Below are positions 8,758 to 21,600 of a stretch of DNA of 36,436 nt, piece after piece. Made by a program: the position numbers and the translations under genes. Under the pieces are notes generated by a model. That model worked only from the letters and a program-made list of their open reading frames with translations, searched no databases and had not been told where the DNA came from. Each line of letters opens with the position of its first letter. Position 1 is the stretch's first letter. Source of the DNA: Deltaproteobacteria bacterium (GTDB lineage Bacteria > UBA10199 > GCA-002796325 > JACPFF01); the NCBI GenBank assembly GCA_016183125.1, contig JACPFG010000063.1, positions 1-36,436 on the forward strand, in the 5' to 3' direction.

Positions 8758-8823
8758 CTCCAAAATACATAACCATCCCAAACCGGTTGCAAAACGATGA
8801 GGCGTCGGTTAGGTTCCCCGGCC

Positions 8824-9912
8824 ATGGCGGGCGACAATAAAAACACACGGGTAGCGGTGGCGATGAGCGGGGGGGTGGATAGCTCGGTGGCTGCCGTCTT
8901 GCTCAAAGAGGCCGGCTACGACGTGATCGGGATCACGATGGCCCTCTGGAGTTGTCACAAGGGTGAGACCGCCAGGAAGAAGACATGTTGCTCGCTCACC
9001 GATGTCCAGGATGCCAGGGCGGTGTGCGAGCGGATCGGGATTCCGCATGTGGTGGCAGATTACCGTACGGAGTTTCGGGAGAAGGTGATCGATCATTTTG
9101 TGTCTGAGTATAAACAGGCTAGGACGCCGATCCCGTGTATCGGGTGCAACCAGTATTTTAAGTTCGAGCGTCTCTGGCAGACCGCACACGAGGAGTATGG
9201 CGCGGAGTTTATTGCCACTGGTCATTACGCGCGGATTGCGGATAATGGGAGCAGAAGCCTTCTTAAGGGAAGGGACACCCACAAAGACCAGTCCTATTTT
9301 TTATTCGTCATGACGCCGGAACAGTTGCGCCACAGCCTCTTTCCGGTCGGCGGGTTGACAAAAGCGGAGGTGCGGGAAATTGCTGCCCGGCACGGCTTGG
9401 CGACGGCCGAGAAAATAGAGAGCCAGGAGATCTGTTTTGTCCCGGATAACGATTACGCAGGATTTATCGAGGATTATTACCCGGAAGCGGTGGGGGCGCC
9501 CGGGGCGTTTGTCGATCAGGATGGGAGCGTTATCGGTCGTCACCGCGGTACGCACGCCTATACGATAGGCCAGCGCAGAGGATTAGGCGTGGCGGTGGGC
9601 GAGCGGCAGTATGTCACGGCCATCGATCCCGTGAACGGCCAGGTGAAGCTTGGGCGCGAGGAAGAGCTCTATCGCGCCGGGCTGACGGCAACTGGAATGA
9701 ACTGGATCGTCGATCTCCCTCGAGAATTTGCCGCGAACGCAAAAATCAGGTATAAGCACGTTCCGGCGCCGTGCCAGGTGCGTATCTTGGACGACGGGGC
9801 GACACTCGTGGACTTCACTGAGCCGCAGCGGGCGATCACGCCTGGCCAGGCGGTGGTCTTCTACGATGGAGACACGGTGCTTGGTGGTGGGTGGATTGAG
9901 CGGGCAGTGTAA
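8824..9912 (+). CDS. mnmA: tRNA 2-thiouridine(34) synthase
   Basis: AMSGGVDSS, TPIPCIGCN, ATGHY, KDQSYFL, ESQEICF, TIGQRRGL and ITPGQAVVFY motifs. Confidence 0.97.
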   Translation: MAGDNKNTRVAVAMSGGVDSSVAAVLLKEAGYDVIGITMALWSCHKGETARKKTCCSLTDVQDARAVCERIGIPHVVADYRTEFREKVIDHFVSEYKQARTPIPCIGCNQYFKFERLWQTAHEEYGAEFIATGHYARIADNGSRSLLKGRDTHKDQSYFLFVMTPEQLRHSLFPVGGLTKAEVREIAARHGLATAEKIESQEICFVPDNDYAGFIEDYYPEAVGAPGAFVDQDGSVIGRHRGTHAYTIGQRRGLGVAVGERQYVTAIDPVNGQVKLGREEELYRAGLTATGMNWIVDLPREFAANAKIRYKHVPAPCQVRILDDGATLVDFTEPQRAITPGQAVVFYDGDTVLGGGWIERAV

Positions 9913-9913
9913 A

Positions 9914-10654
9914 ATGGATATTACACGGGAAGAGAAACAGGAATTGAAGCGATTGGAGAAGGCGCTTGGCTATACCTTCCGCCGGCGCGTTCATTTGAAG
10001 CGAGCGCTCACGCACCGTTCGTATGCAAACGAGATGCGACTAAAACCAACCGAGCATAATGAGCGTTATGAATACCTGGGGGACGCGGTTCTTGAACTGG
10101 CGGTGAGTCATCTCCTGATGGATCAATATCCAGATCATCCCGAAGGCGAGCTCTCTAAATTACGAGCTGCGCTGGTCAACGAGGCGCAGTTGGCAGATCT
10201 AGCTCGGGAGGTGCAGCTGGGCATTTATCTATATCTGGGTAAGGGGGAGGAGCAGACCGGCGGGAGGGAGAAGCCATCCCTGTTGGCGGATGCGTTCGAG
10301 GCCGTTTTAGGGGCGATCTATATCGATCGCGGTTTTAAGAAATGCTTCGACGTTGTTAAGCATAAATTTCATAATATATTTCAGAATGTTAGACGAGGAG
10401 AATTCATCCAAGACTTTAAGACAAAACTACAGGAAGAGTCGCAGCAGCGTTTTCGTACGGTGCCGCGATATCGCCTGGTGAAGGAATCGGGCCCCGATCA
10501 CAGCAAGACCTTCGAGGTAAATCTCTACATCGAGGAGCGCCTGTTAGGGGCCGGCCGCGGCCCGAGTAAGAAGGCGGCCGAGCAGGATGCCGCGCGTCAG
10601 GCGCTGGAAAAGATTGCGGGTTCGCCGGCTGCCGAGCGCCAGTATAATCTATGA
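9914..10654 (+). CDS. rnc: Ribonuclease III
   Basis: ALTHRS, NERYEYLGDAVL, ADAFEAVLGAIY and a C-terminal dsRBD (DFKTKLQE...GPSKKAAEQ). Confidence 0.97.
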   Translation: MDITREEKQELKRLEKALGYTFRRRVHLKRALTHRSYANEMRLKPTEHNERYEYLGDAVLELAVSHLLMDQYPDHPEGELSKLRAALVNEAQLADLAREVQLGIYLYLGKGEEQTGGREKPSLLADAFEAVLGAIYIDRGFKKCFDVVKHKFHNIFQNVRRGEFIQDFKTKLQEESQQRFRTVPRYRLVKESGPDHSKTFEVNLYIEERLLGAGRGPSKKAAEQDAARQALEKIAGSPAAERQYNL

Positions 10655-11532
10655 CGTTTCGGTGTGGCTACGTAGCCCTAATCGGTCGGCCCAATGTCGG
10701 CAAATCGACGCTGATAAACAGACTGGTAGGCGAATCGCTCGCGATCGTTACGCCAAAACCGCAGACTACGCGACAGAGGATCGTAGGCATTGTTCAGCGC
10801 CCCGAATCCCAGCTGATTTTTGTCGACACGCCCGGATTTCATGAATCCGCAAAATTACTCAATCGGGTCATGCTGAAGCAGGTGGATCAGGCCCTGGCCG
10901 ATGCGGATGCGGTCTGTCTTCTGCTGGAACCGCGCGCTTCCATCGACCCGATCGACCGCGAACTTTGGATGCGTATAGCCGGAGACTTACGCGCGACTCT
11001 ATTTGCTGTTATCAACAAGATGGACCTGGTGCCGCTCGCTAAAGTTGCACGGTTGTTGACGGCGCTGCGTCAGGAGCTGGGGCGAGAGCCGATGACCCTC
11101 TCAGCACTCAATGGGACAGGCGTCGAGGGTCTTATGCAGTCCTGCGAGGCCGTGTTACCAGAGGGCCCGGCGCTCTATCCAACCGATCAATATACCGAAC
11201 ACCCGACGCGGTTTCTCGCCGCGGAGATGATTCGGGAACAGCTGATTGTCTCTCTTGGCGAAGAGCTCCCCTATGCGACGGCCGTGGAGATCGAGGCGTT
11301 CGAGGAGAAAGAAAAACTCACGCGGATCCGCGCCCTGGTGATCGTGGAGAAAGACTCCCAGAAGGGGATCGTGATCGGGCAGGGGGGGCGCACGCTCAAA
11401 AAGATCGGCACGCGCGCCCGCGCAAAAATCGAGACCCTCGTCGGGACGAAGGTCTATCTCGAACTGTTTGTGCGTGTGGAAGCCGGGTGGACGAAGGATC
11501 CTACGGCGCTTCGGCGGCTGGGCTATGGATGA
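10651..11532 (+). CDS. era: GTPase Era
   Basis: [27 protein letters not shown] and QKGIVIG motifs; ATGA overlap with rnc. Confidence 0.97.
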   Translation: MTFRCGYVALIGRPNVGKSTLINRLVGESLAIVTPKPQTTRQRIVGIVQRPESQLIFVDTPGFHESAKLLNRVMLKQVDQALADADAVCLLLEPRASIDPIDRELWMRIAGDLRATLFAVINKMDLVPLAKVARLLTALRQELGREPMTLSALNGTGVEGLMQSCEAVLPEGPALYPTDQYTEHPTRFLAAEMIREQLIVSLGEELPYATAVEIEAFEEKEKLTRIRALVIVEKDSQKGIVIGQGGRTLKKIGTRARAKIETLVGTKVYLELFVRVEAGWTKDPTALRRLGYG

Positions 11533-14500
11533 GGAGTGTGCACCCGCCCGCGTCAGCGGGTGACATGACCGCATCGGCAGCGCTTAATCCCTGGCCGATC
11601 GCCGGCGTGAGGAGTGTAAAGCCGGCTTCGAGGAGGTCGGTATCGCCATCGGCGTTCGAGACGACGACATCCCAAACGCCCAGTTCCTTTTCTTTGCCAA
11701 GATAGATTTCCATCTGGATCGTGTTCGGATCCACAACAGTAATCGCCCCGCTGACCGCCCGCATGTAATCGTCGCCCTTCGTGAATCGCACATCTGTGAT
11801 ATCCTCCAGTTGTTCCCCAGTGATCGTGAACGTGATCGTCTGGCCGGGATAGCCGGTGGCCGGGGCAATCTGGGTGATTACCGGCGGCGGATTTGCCACT
11901 ACCGGCAACACCGGCTCCACGGGATGTTGGCCGGGAATAGAGGAGGACGGGCCCATGACAAGCCGATGGATGTCGAGATCACACGGATCACCCAGCCCGT
12001 CGCCGTCCGTGTCGGTCTGCTGCGGGTTATAGACGGTCGAGCAGGTATCTTCCCAGTCGCGGAAGGCGTCATTATCATCGTCCACATCGCAGGCGTCTCC
12101 CAGGCCATCGCCATCGGTGTCCTCGTGGCTGACGAACAGGCGATCGGCTGGCCATTGAGCAAGGGGATGTCTTCTAATACCTTAAACCCACAGTAGGCAT
12201 TGAGTGTGGCCGGATTGATGCAAATCGGGTAGCGAGTCTTTTCGATGACCATCCCATCCTCACAAAATTGCGTCGGGACGGGTGAACCGCACTGGGCATC
12301 TTGCCAGCAATCCACGTAGAATTGCGCTAGACTCGAAGGAAGTTCAAGCCCGACATCTTTGTTGAGTGCCGTGACTTCCCACCAGCAATCCTCATGCTTA
12401 TTGAGGGCGTTGCCCGGGGGGAGGGTGTATTTCGTCGAGTATTCTGTTGGTGAAATCGGGCCAATCGTTTTCGTGAAGACGAGGTTATTGATATTATTCT
12501 GATAAATCTTCATCTGATATTCAATATCGAGATTGGTCGTCACATTGATCCACTCAAACGTCGGTGTCGTCGTTTTCGTAATCCCCGAATTGGGATTGCC
12601 CTCGACCTTCTTCGGCTTCACAATCTTCGGCGGATTTGCCACGACATTGATGGTCAGATGCTTGGTGGCATTATTCAACGTGCCGGGGACGACGAATTCC
12701 AGATTGTACGTACCGATGTTCTTCTGAGTGGTTTGCCACGCATAGTCGCATTTGATATCGGACCCTGGAGCCGGCGCGCATCCCTTGGATTCCCAACCCT
12801 TCGGTGCTCCATTGACCGTCGGCGATAGCGCGGGATCATTATCGTTGGCATAAAGCAAGACCTCCAATTGATCGCCAGCCGGCACGTTGATTGTTTTACA
12901 AGTCCAAGGCTGAGAATTGCTGGTGTCGCACGTGAGGTCATTGATGGTCGGCACCTGATTGCCAATGGCAAATGGGGTCTCCGACTTCCATAGCGCAACC
13001 GTGCCACCCGTCTTGCACGTGATCTTGCCGGGAAGGACGCACTGGTTATCGTCCCCAAAAATTTTGCAGGGCTCCCACCACTGACAATTCTTGGAACAGT
13101 CGTACCAGAGCTTCGAGACGAAAGTGAGGGGTTTGTTCTGTGGGGTTCCTTCCGGGATTGCCCAATAGAATGTGGCGGTTTTCGCCTGGGACGGTTCGAC
13201 GGTCAGCTTGACCGGCTGCAGATCACAGAACCCCCCATCGGCTTCCATGACCGTTGCCCCGACGTAAATATCTTTAAATATTCCCCCGCTGATATTTTCA
13301 ATGCCCACGCCATAATAATTCCGGACCTTGACCTTGAATTGCACCTGCTCGGGCCCGCTAGTAGTTTGGACACTTTCAATACCGGCCAACGGATGAATCC
13401 AATCGCCAATCGTTTCGTCCGCGTCGCCTATGCAGGCAACAGCTTTTCCATTTAAGAGGCCGCATTTCCCATCGAAGGTCTCATCCCAGTCAGGGTTGGC
13501 GAGCCACTCCAGCAAGTCGTCAGCCGTGGGGTCATTCACCAAAACCAATCCACCCATTCCGAGGAGTAGCTTACACATGTCGTCATTGATTCCGATTGGA
13601 TCACAAGCGGCTTTGCGGACGAAAAAGGCGATCTCCTTATCGAGGTTGGCCGCTTGAAGAATCAACGCCGGCGGCGTCAAGTTGTAAAGCAAGTCCACCC
13701 CAGAGTAAAAAGCGAATTTCAAGAGATCCCCATCCGACTGATCCCAGCCGCGAAAGAGCGCAAACCCAAGGTCAATGAGTGGAAGCTTGGTCCCCATGAT
13801 GGTAACGGTTGGTTGCAGGTATTTTTTTATTAAGGCTGCCGCTTTTCCGGCTTCGTTGACCTTTGCCTCGGCAATCCATACATCCTGCTCCGCGATCATG
13901 TAGACGCCATTGCCCGAGTTGATAGTTTTTGCTTGAACTCCCGGCTTCAGGGCGTAGCTCACTTCTTTGAAGTGTTCGCCGAGCATCGCGATGAACGATA
14001 AGCCCGTGTTAATAGATGGCAGGGCCGATAGAGCCGCGTCGGCGTTCTCCAGTTCATAGGTGAGAAGGGCAGCGGCGCTTTCTTCAACATAATTGGCAAA
14101 GAAGTACTGATTTACCAACTGGTTGGCGATCAATGCCGGCGCGAACGCCTCCTGGAATAGGGGGACCGAGATCAGGACCAAGTCGTCCGGTTGGATCGCC
14201 GAGTAATCCTGCGCACACGTGCCGCCCTGACAAGTGAGTTCGGCAGCGCACACGTTTCCACATTTGCCGCAATTGTTTTCGTCACCCATCAGGTCGAACG
14301 TTTCATCGCTCTGTCCATCACAGTCGTCGTCCGCCCCGTTACAAGATTCAGAGGTCGGTCCGCTGATGCTCGCGCATACGCCCCATTGACGTGCAGACAA
14401 CGCTGCAAGAGCCGGAGTTTACCCAGTCCCCACCCGAGCAGACCTGCTTGTGCTGTCCCGCTCCGTCTGGGCCGCAGGAGATGGATCGTGCATCGGAGAC

Positions 14501-15436
14501 GCCGTCACAATCATCGTCCATCCCGTTACAGGTTTCCGACGGCGGACTGGGGCAATACTGGACGCAGAGATTATGATCGCCGCAGCCGTCAAGCGGGTAG
14601 TAGGGACAACTTATATTCGCGTGAACATTCAGGTTCCAATCGTCGCAATCAGCTCCGTTCTCATAGCAATAGCCGTCACCATCATTATCAGTGCATGTGG
14701 AGCCGCAAACCCCTCCACTGCAGCTTTCACCTTGTCCGCACGGGGTGATGTTGGAATAATTACAATTCGCATCCCGGTATTGCTTCGTTTTTCCATCCAG
14801 GCACACCCATTCTTCATTGCAGCCCGCGATTACTTGGAAAACAAAATCGTTCGCGGAGTCGTTGCCTCCTTTTGCGATCCAGGTCGGTTTGACATCCGAC
14901 GGAGCATGTTCCCACAGGAGTCCAGGGTCATTTATGGTTTTCTGATACCCCTTGTAATACACTTTGACCCAATATTTTTGATTCGTCTCAAACGGTGTTG
15001 CATTTGCCGTCTTGAGCGGGACAGGAACCCAATCAAACTTTCCTATGATATTATCGTAGGCACAATAATTGAAATCCAGCGCGTAGGCTCTTTCTTCGTT
15101 GATCTGGTCGTCTGAAGTGTTACTGTAAATCTTCACATCCATTTTCTCAGTAGGAGAAAGACAAAAGGACGAGGAGGGGACTTGCAGCTTTAGGAGCACT
15201 TTGCTGATAGTTGGTGATGGATATTTCGGTTCGAACTGTTGATAGGCGTATTTATGGCCGCTATCATCATAATAGAATCCGTACGCACTCCCCCCTGTCA
15301 GTTGCTCCGCGCTGACAGTTTCGACCGCGAATACTTGTGCAGGGGTGAGGAAAGGTAGAACCGCCAACGCCGCGCCGAGGACACCTCCTCGCCAAGAGGA
15401 GGGGACACCGACCGCCGCTGGGCCGGGGCGAGGCAT
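11501..15436 (-). pseudogene. Large secreted Cys-rich protein (~1300 aa) split by two frameshifts; CNGxDDDCDG repeats, TSP3-like repeats, IPT/TIG-like domain
   Basis: Signal-peptide-like N-terminus (..ALAVLPFLTPAQVFA); three overlapping ORFs join at ~14390 and ~12130; CNGMDDDCDG/CNGADDDCDG, NNCGKCGNVC and DTDGDGLGD(A/P)CD motifs. Confidence 0.75.
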
Positions 15437-15532
15437 ATGGGGTCCGAATACTCCTGGCGCGGGCCGTGTCAAGCCCCATTTTCAGCTACTCTGCAGGGGC
15501 AATAACACTTTGAAGAGATGGAGGTGAGGGGT

Positions 15533-15547
15533 ATCTTCCCGCTTGAC
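15533..15547 (+). promoter_or_regulatory. 15-bp motif ATCTTCCCGCTTGAC, copy 1, upstream of the Rhs gene
   Basis: Exact second copy at 25298-25312; both are preceded by AGGGG and end in a TTGAC -35-like element. Confidence 0.6.
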
Positions 15548-15620
15548 ACGCCGCGGTGTCTACTAATAGTCACCACCGTAGACCTACATTTACAGCACAC
15601 GGTGTCCTAAGGGGGCCCAT

Positions 15621-18600
15621 ACGAAACGATTCGCACCAGTTATCCTCACGCTCCTCCTCGCAGCGATTGGGTGTGGGGAGGATGAGGTGCCCCGACTCGA
15701 ACCATCCGGGAATCCCGCTGCGTCTTCGCAGACGACCGATGTAGCGAAAAATACTCCCTCACCGTCACTAGATGTCTACGTGGACGATATCGACTCGGGG
15801 TTTTCAAAGTACGGCACCAGCAATTGGACGGAGGCCTGGACTGGTTGGCCCACCCCCGGTGGGCATATGTGGTACACCTGGAATACTCTTAAATATGTGG
15901 AAAACTCCGCGATGTGGATGCCAAATCTTCAGTGTTCTGGAAAATACGAGATTCAGGCCTATATTCCGAGTGAAAACGCCAAGACGTCTAAAGCAAAGTA
16001 CGAGATTAAGTCTGACGTCGGTTGGAGCAACTCAATTATTTCGCAACTAGCCAACCCTGGGAAATGGGTTGCTCTCGGCGGCAGCGGCACCACCTATTCA
16101 TTCACGAAGGGGGCCAGCGATCGGTATGTGAAATTAACGGACGTAACAGGCGAAATCAGTTCCAAAGGCCTATTTTACCGTATCGCCTTCGATGCAATCA
16201 AGTGGATCTACAAAGAAAAACTCTCCAACATGGGTTTTACCCTAACTGCGCCTAATAGCGGAACCGCCTGGTCCAAGGATGACACGTGTTTGTCGGTAAA
16301 ATGGTCCACGCAAGGGGATGTGCCTGGCGGTGTACGCATTCATTTGTACAAAGGCGGGACGAGCCCGTCGCAATTCGTCAAATCTCTCATTGGAAGCACA
16401 CCCAATAACGGCTCGGCATGTGTAGATGCCTCTGCGTTAAAGGACCAACCACTGGCGAGCGATTACGTGATTGGCATCTCCAATAATTTCCCCTATTGCG
16501 ACGGCTATGTATGGGCCTTTTCCAATTCTTTTAAGATCGCCGCGCCAGATCTTACGGGGTATCAGTTGCCAGGCTGGGGCGGCAAGTTGGTTGGCTCTGG
16601 CGTGTCCGGAACGAATAGTAACAGCGCGCTTTATACGTGTAAGGTTGCCTATTTCGATGTGGGCATCAAGAACGAGGGAAATGGCGACAACAAGAAAACG
16701 ATTTCAAATCGTCTACTGATAGACGGGATTAATTACGGCACCTGGACCGAGAGTCCGCTGAGCGCCGGATCGTATACCTCCGAAATCGACATGCCTGTCT
16801 CCGGCATCACTGCCGGAACGCACACGGTAAAAGTGGAAATTGATTACCCTAACAATATCCCGGAGAGTGATGAGAGCGATAACGCTGTGTCCGGTTCCTT
16901 TGCCTGGCAGCCATGTAATAATCCAAGCGTTATAATTACCTCGCCTGCGAATGGAAGCAGTACAACCTCCTCGTCTGTCACCGTATCCGGGACGTGCAAC
17001 GATTCCGATGGTGATTTAAAAACCTATATTGTCACGGTCAATGGAACGAGCTTGCCGCCAGGAAATATTAGTGGGGGGAGCGCCGCATTCGCGAAAACCG
17101 TCTCCCTGAATGTCGGATCGAATAAAATTGAGGCCACATGTACCGATCAACAGGGATTGGTCAGCAATGTGGCTATGATTACCGTGACCCGAACACAACT
17201 TGGGGGCATCGCCGGAACGGTGACGAGCACAAAAGGTGGCGCCATTGCCGTGGCCTCCGTCACGGCCAATGGGCCGGTTGGCGTGACAACGTCCACAGCC
17301 AGCGACGGCAGTTATTCCTTTACCGGGCTTCAACCAGGGACATATACGGTGACGGCTTCGTCCGCCGGTTATTACAGCACGTCCCAGTCAGTGAATGTGC
17401 AGACGAATACCACAGCAATTGCAAATTTTTCACTGGTGCCTGTCCCCAAACCGATCCTTTCGGTTGCACCAACCGCGGTTAGCGTCACGATGCCCTCCGG
17501 ATCGTTGAACGGGACACAGCAGGTCATTATCCAGAACAACGGAGACGCAAACCTCCAGTATTGGTTAGTTGTCCCGCCCCCATCGTGGCTCACGATTAAG
17601 CGCAATGGCGGGGCGCTTGTGAGTACTTCCGTGTCGCCGCCGTTGGCGCCCGGAGCAAAAGACACGCTCACGTTTTACTTTAACAGCAATCAGGTCTCAT
17701 CAAATCAGGCCGCCCTCCTAGTGGTCGGTTCCAACGATACGGCCAAAGGGGACACGGGGATTGATGTCACGATGACGATCAAGGCGTCCTCGCCGCCGCC
17801 GCCCCAGTACCCGGCGCCTAGCACGCCGACGTTCACCCCGACGTTCAGCGGGTCCTGCACGCTCATTAATGCCTGCGCCAAGGACCCCGTGAATACCGCC
17901 ACGGGGAATTATACCTATAGCCATACCGATCTGAATATCCGGTCCCGCGGGCCATCGCTCCTCTTTGCGCGGACATACAACTCGTTTGATCCGACGATCG
18001 GGCCGTTGGGACTTGGCTGGACGCACAGCTTCCACGTCTATGCGCTGGAATATACCAAAGACGATGGATCGCCCGGCGATGTCTATATCCGCTGGGGCAC
18101 CGGTAGAACGGATTGGTACCAGCGCAATGCCGATGGGACATACACTCCGGCGCCCGGCCTCTTCGACGCGTTTGTCAAAAACGGCGATGGCTCCTTCACG
18201 CTGGTCGAAAAGAATAAGACGGTCTGGAATTTCCAGGGGAGCGGGCGTCTGGCAAGTGTTGCCGACCGGCATGGGAACGCCATGACGCTTACATATGAAG
18301 ACGCGGAGCCGAAGCGCCTCGTGGCGGCGACGAATGCGCTCGGTGAGCAGTTGATCTTCTCGTATCAATCGGGCGATCCGCTCAAACTCGCCGACGTTTG
18401 GGATGTCCAAGGCAACCGGAAGATCCTCTTTACGTATGAGGGGGACCGGCTTACAACCGTCACGGATGCTAACGGCAATCCATTTACATTCGAGTACGAC
18501 GCAGCCGACCGATTGACCAAAATCATCGAGCGGGATGGCAAGCCGCTCGTCACGAACGCCTACAGCGCGAACGACCCGACCGACCGCCGTGTCCTCACAC

Positions 18601-21600
18601 AGCAAGATGGCTTAGGGAACACGACCGCGTTTTCATACGATACGCCCACTCCGTGGGAGACGACCGTCACCGATCCGGCGACTGAGGAGTTTCCGGGCGG
18701 CCGCAAGCATATCTATTCGTACGACGCCCTCTACCGGCTGCGCCGACACACCGCGCCGAGCGGCATGGACATAGTGACGTACGACTATAACGACAACCAC
18801 CAGCGCACGAAGATGACCGATGCCAACGGGAAGGTGACGCTTTGGGAGTACGACCCGCGCGGGAACCTGACGAAGATCACCGAGGCCGAAGGTGCACCCG
18901 AAGAGGTTGTCACGACCTGGACCTACTACCCTGGCACCGACCTGGTGGATCTCCATGTGACTCCGCTCGGTCTGACACTCAAGCACTATTACGAAGGCGA
19001 CGATCTCACGAAGGTGGAGGGGACAGGCCCCGATATCGAGCCGTTTGCGGTGGAATATACGTATCTCCCGACCGGCGAGGTGGCGACCGTGAAGGATCCG
19101 ATGCAGTATGTGACCACGTTCGATTATAATGGGAAGGGGGAGCTAGAGCAGATCGTATCGCCGCCGACAACAGCGAGCCCTGGTGGGGAGATCGCAAGTT
19201 TCGGGTACGATTCCAGTCATCGGCCTACGAGCGTTGCCGACCCGTATCTCCAATCGCTCGGCAAGGCCGCGCTCTACACCTACGACAAGAACGATCGCAT
19301 CACGAAGACCACCGACGGTCTGACGCGGGAGACGACCATCACGCCGGACAAACGGGACCTGGTGGAAAAGATCGCTGCGCCGAACGGCATCGTCACATAC
19401 GCCTACGACGACGCCGGGCGGTTGGTCAGCGTCACAACACCCACTGGGACCGTGACGTATGGTTACAATGCGAGCCACGAGCGAACGAGTGCCACCTCGC
19501 CGGGAAATCACACGACGACCTATTCTTACGATCCTTTGGGGTACCTGGCCAAGGTTACCGATCCGACGAACCGATCGCTCACACTCGATGCCGATCCGAT
19601 GGGTGCGCTCAAATCCTTGGCGAACTCACTCAATCACACGGTGGGCGTGGCGCCGGACCTCCTGGGACGAGCTAAGGAGATCACCGATCCGGTCGGGCGA
19701 AAGATCGAACTCCAATATAACGACGCCGGCCAGGTGACCAGTCGCGCGGGGCTCTTCGACCCGGCGAACCCTGCGACCAAGGTGACGACAACGACCGTGT
19801 ACGATGTGCTGGGCCGATTGCGGAAAATTACTACGCCGGCGAACGGGGAGATGGCGGCGCAATATAATCTTAATGCCGACATCATCGGCATCACGAATCC
19901 CAATGGCCATACCACGTCGTGGGTGCAAGGTCCGCTTGGGCGGCCGGAGGCGGAGCGGTTCGATGGAGTGACAAAGCGGACGTTCGGGTATTATCCGGGC
20001 GGACGGATCAAGACCGCGACGAATGCCAAGAGCGAGACGACCACTTTCCTCTATGATGAGGCCGCACGACTGAAAGAGATCCAATATGCGGATGGGGCCA
20101 AACGGACGATCGCCTTCAAGGGACAGACCGATCGAGTGGAAGCCATTACCCTCGTTGAGACGGACGGCACGACACGGAGCCGGAGCTTCACGTATGATTC
20201 GGCAGGCCGAGTCGCGACCGCCACCGATCCGTGGGGCAATACTATCAGCTACACGTATTGGCCGGATGGCCAGGTAAAGACGATCACGTATCCGGGGAAC
20301 AAGACGGTCAGTTACGCATACGACGACGCGGGGCGCCTTGCCACAGTGACGGACTGGCTGACACCGCCGGGGGTAACGACATACGGCTACGACACAGCGG
20401 GGAGGCTCGACACGATCACGTATCCGAACGGGGCGACGGCTGTCTATGCGTATGAAAATGACGGACGGGTGAAGAGTATCGCACACCGAAAGGCCGATGG
20501 GACGATCCTTGCGTCACAGACCGTTGGCTACGATGGACGCGCGCACGTGAAGGCCATCGAGTTGGTGCCGGAGCCGACCGCAGCGCTTGAAGGCAAAGAG
20601 CTCGACTACACGCCGAACGCGGAAGACCAATATGCGCAGATCGGTGGCCTCAACCTCGAGTACGATCCGGTGGGGCGGCTCACCACACCGTTCGTTGATG
20701 GCGGCCCCGGGATGGCATACACCTTCGACGTCAGGGACCATCTGGCGCAGGCGACGACAACCGGCGGTACGGTGAGTTATATCTCCGGCCCGGAGGGGGA
20801 GCGAATCGAGCAATCGGCTGGGGGCGCGACGACGCGGTATGTCGTGGACACGACAAGCAGGCTCTCGTCTGTTGTGGCGGAATTGGACGGCGCGAATACG
20901 CCGACCGCTTACTATATCTACGGCGTCGGATTGCTCGCGAGGATTCCAGCAAACGGCCAGAACGCAAGATATTACCATCAGGATGCGCAGCAAAATATCG
21001 CGGCGCTTACGGATGCGAGCGGCAATGTCACAGACAGTTACTTCTATCATCCGTTCGGACAGGTGTTGACCCAGACCGGCAGCACGCCGAACCCGTACCG
21101 GTTTGCCGGCGCGCTCGGTGTGGAGAATGATCCTACCGGCCTCTATTACATGCGCGCGCGCTACTATGATCCGGCCCAGGGGCGGTTCATCAGCAAGGAT
21201 CCGATTGGGATGGCGGGGGGGATGAATCTGTATGGTTATGTCGGGAATAATCCGCTCCGTGCGGCAGATCCCCTTGGCCTCTTCTCCTGGAAGACCTTTG
21301 GCACCGGATTGCTCGAACTTGGGAAGGCGGCCCTGAGTGTTGTTGAGACCGTCGGCAATGCCTTCCTAGCAGGAGGGTCGCTGGCCATTTTCCAGCCGGA
21401 AGGAACTGCCGCCCTTGGGCTTGCTGCCGTCGGCAACCTGGACGATGCCTTCGTTAACACTACGAATAGTTTTAATAACATCGTTGGGGCATTTTCAGAT
21501 AAACCGGCTGAAAAATTGATTACGCAAGGACCTTATAGAGAATTTCTCCAGGCAACCCTTGGGAGTACAAAGCTCTTAGATGTCCCTCAGGAGGCAGCGG

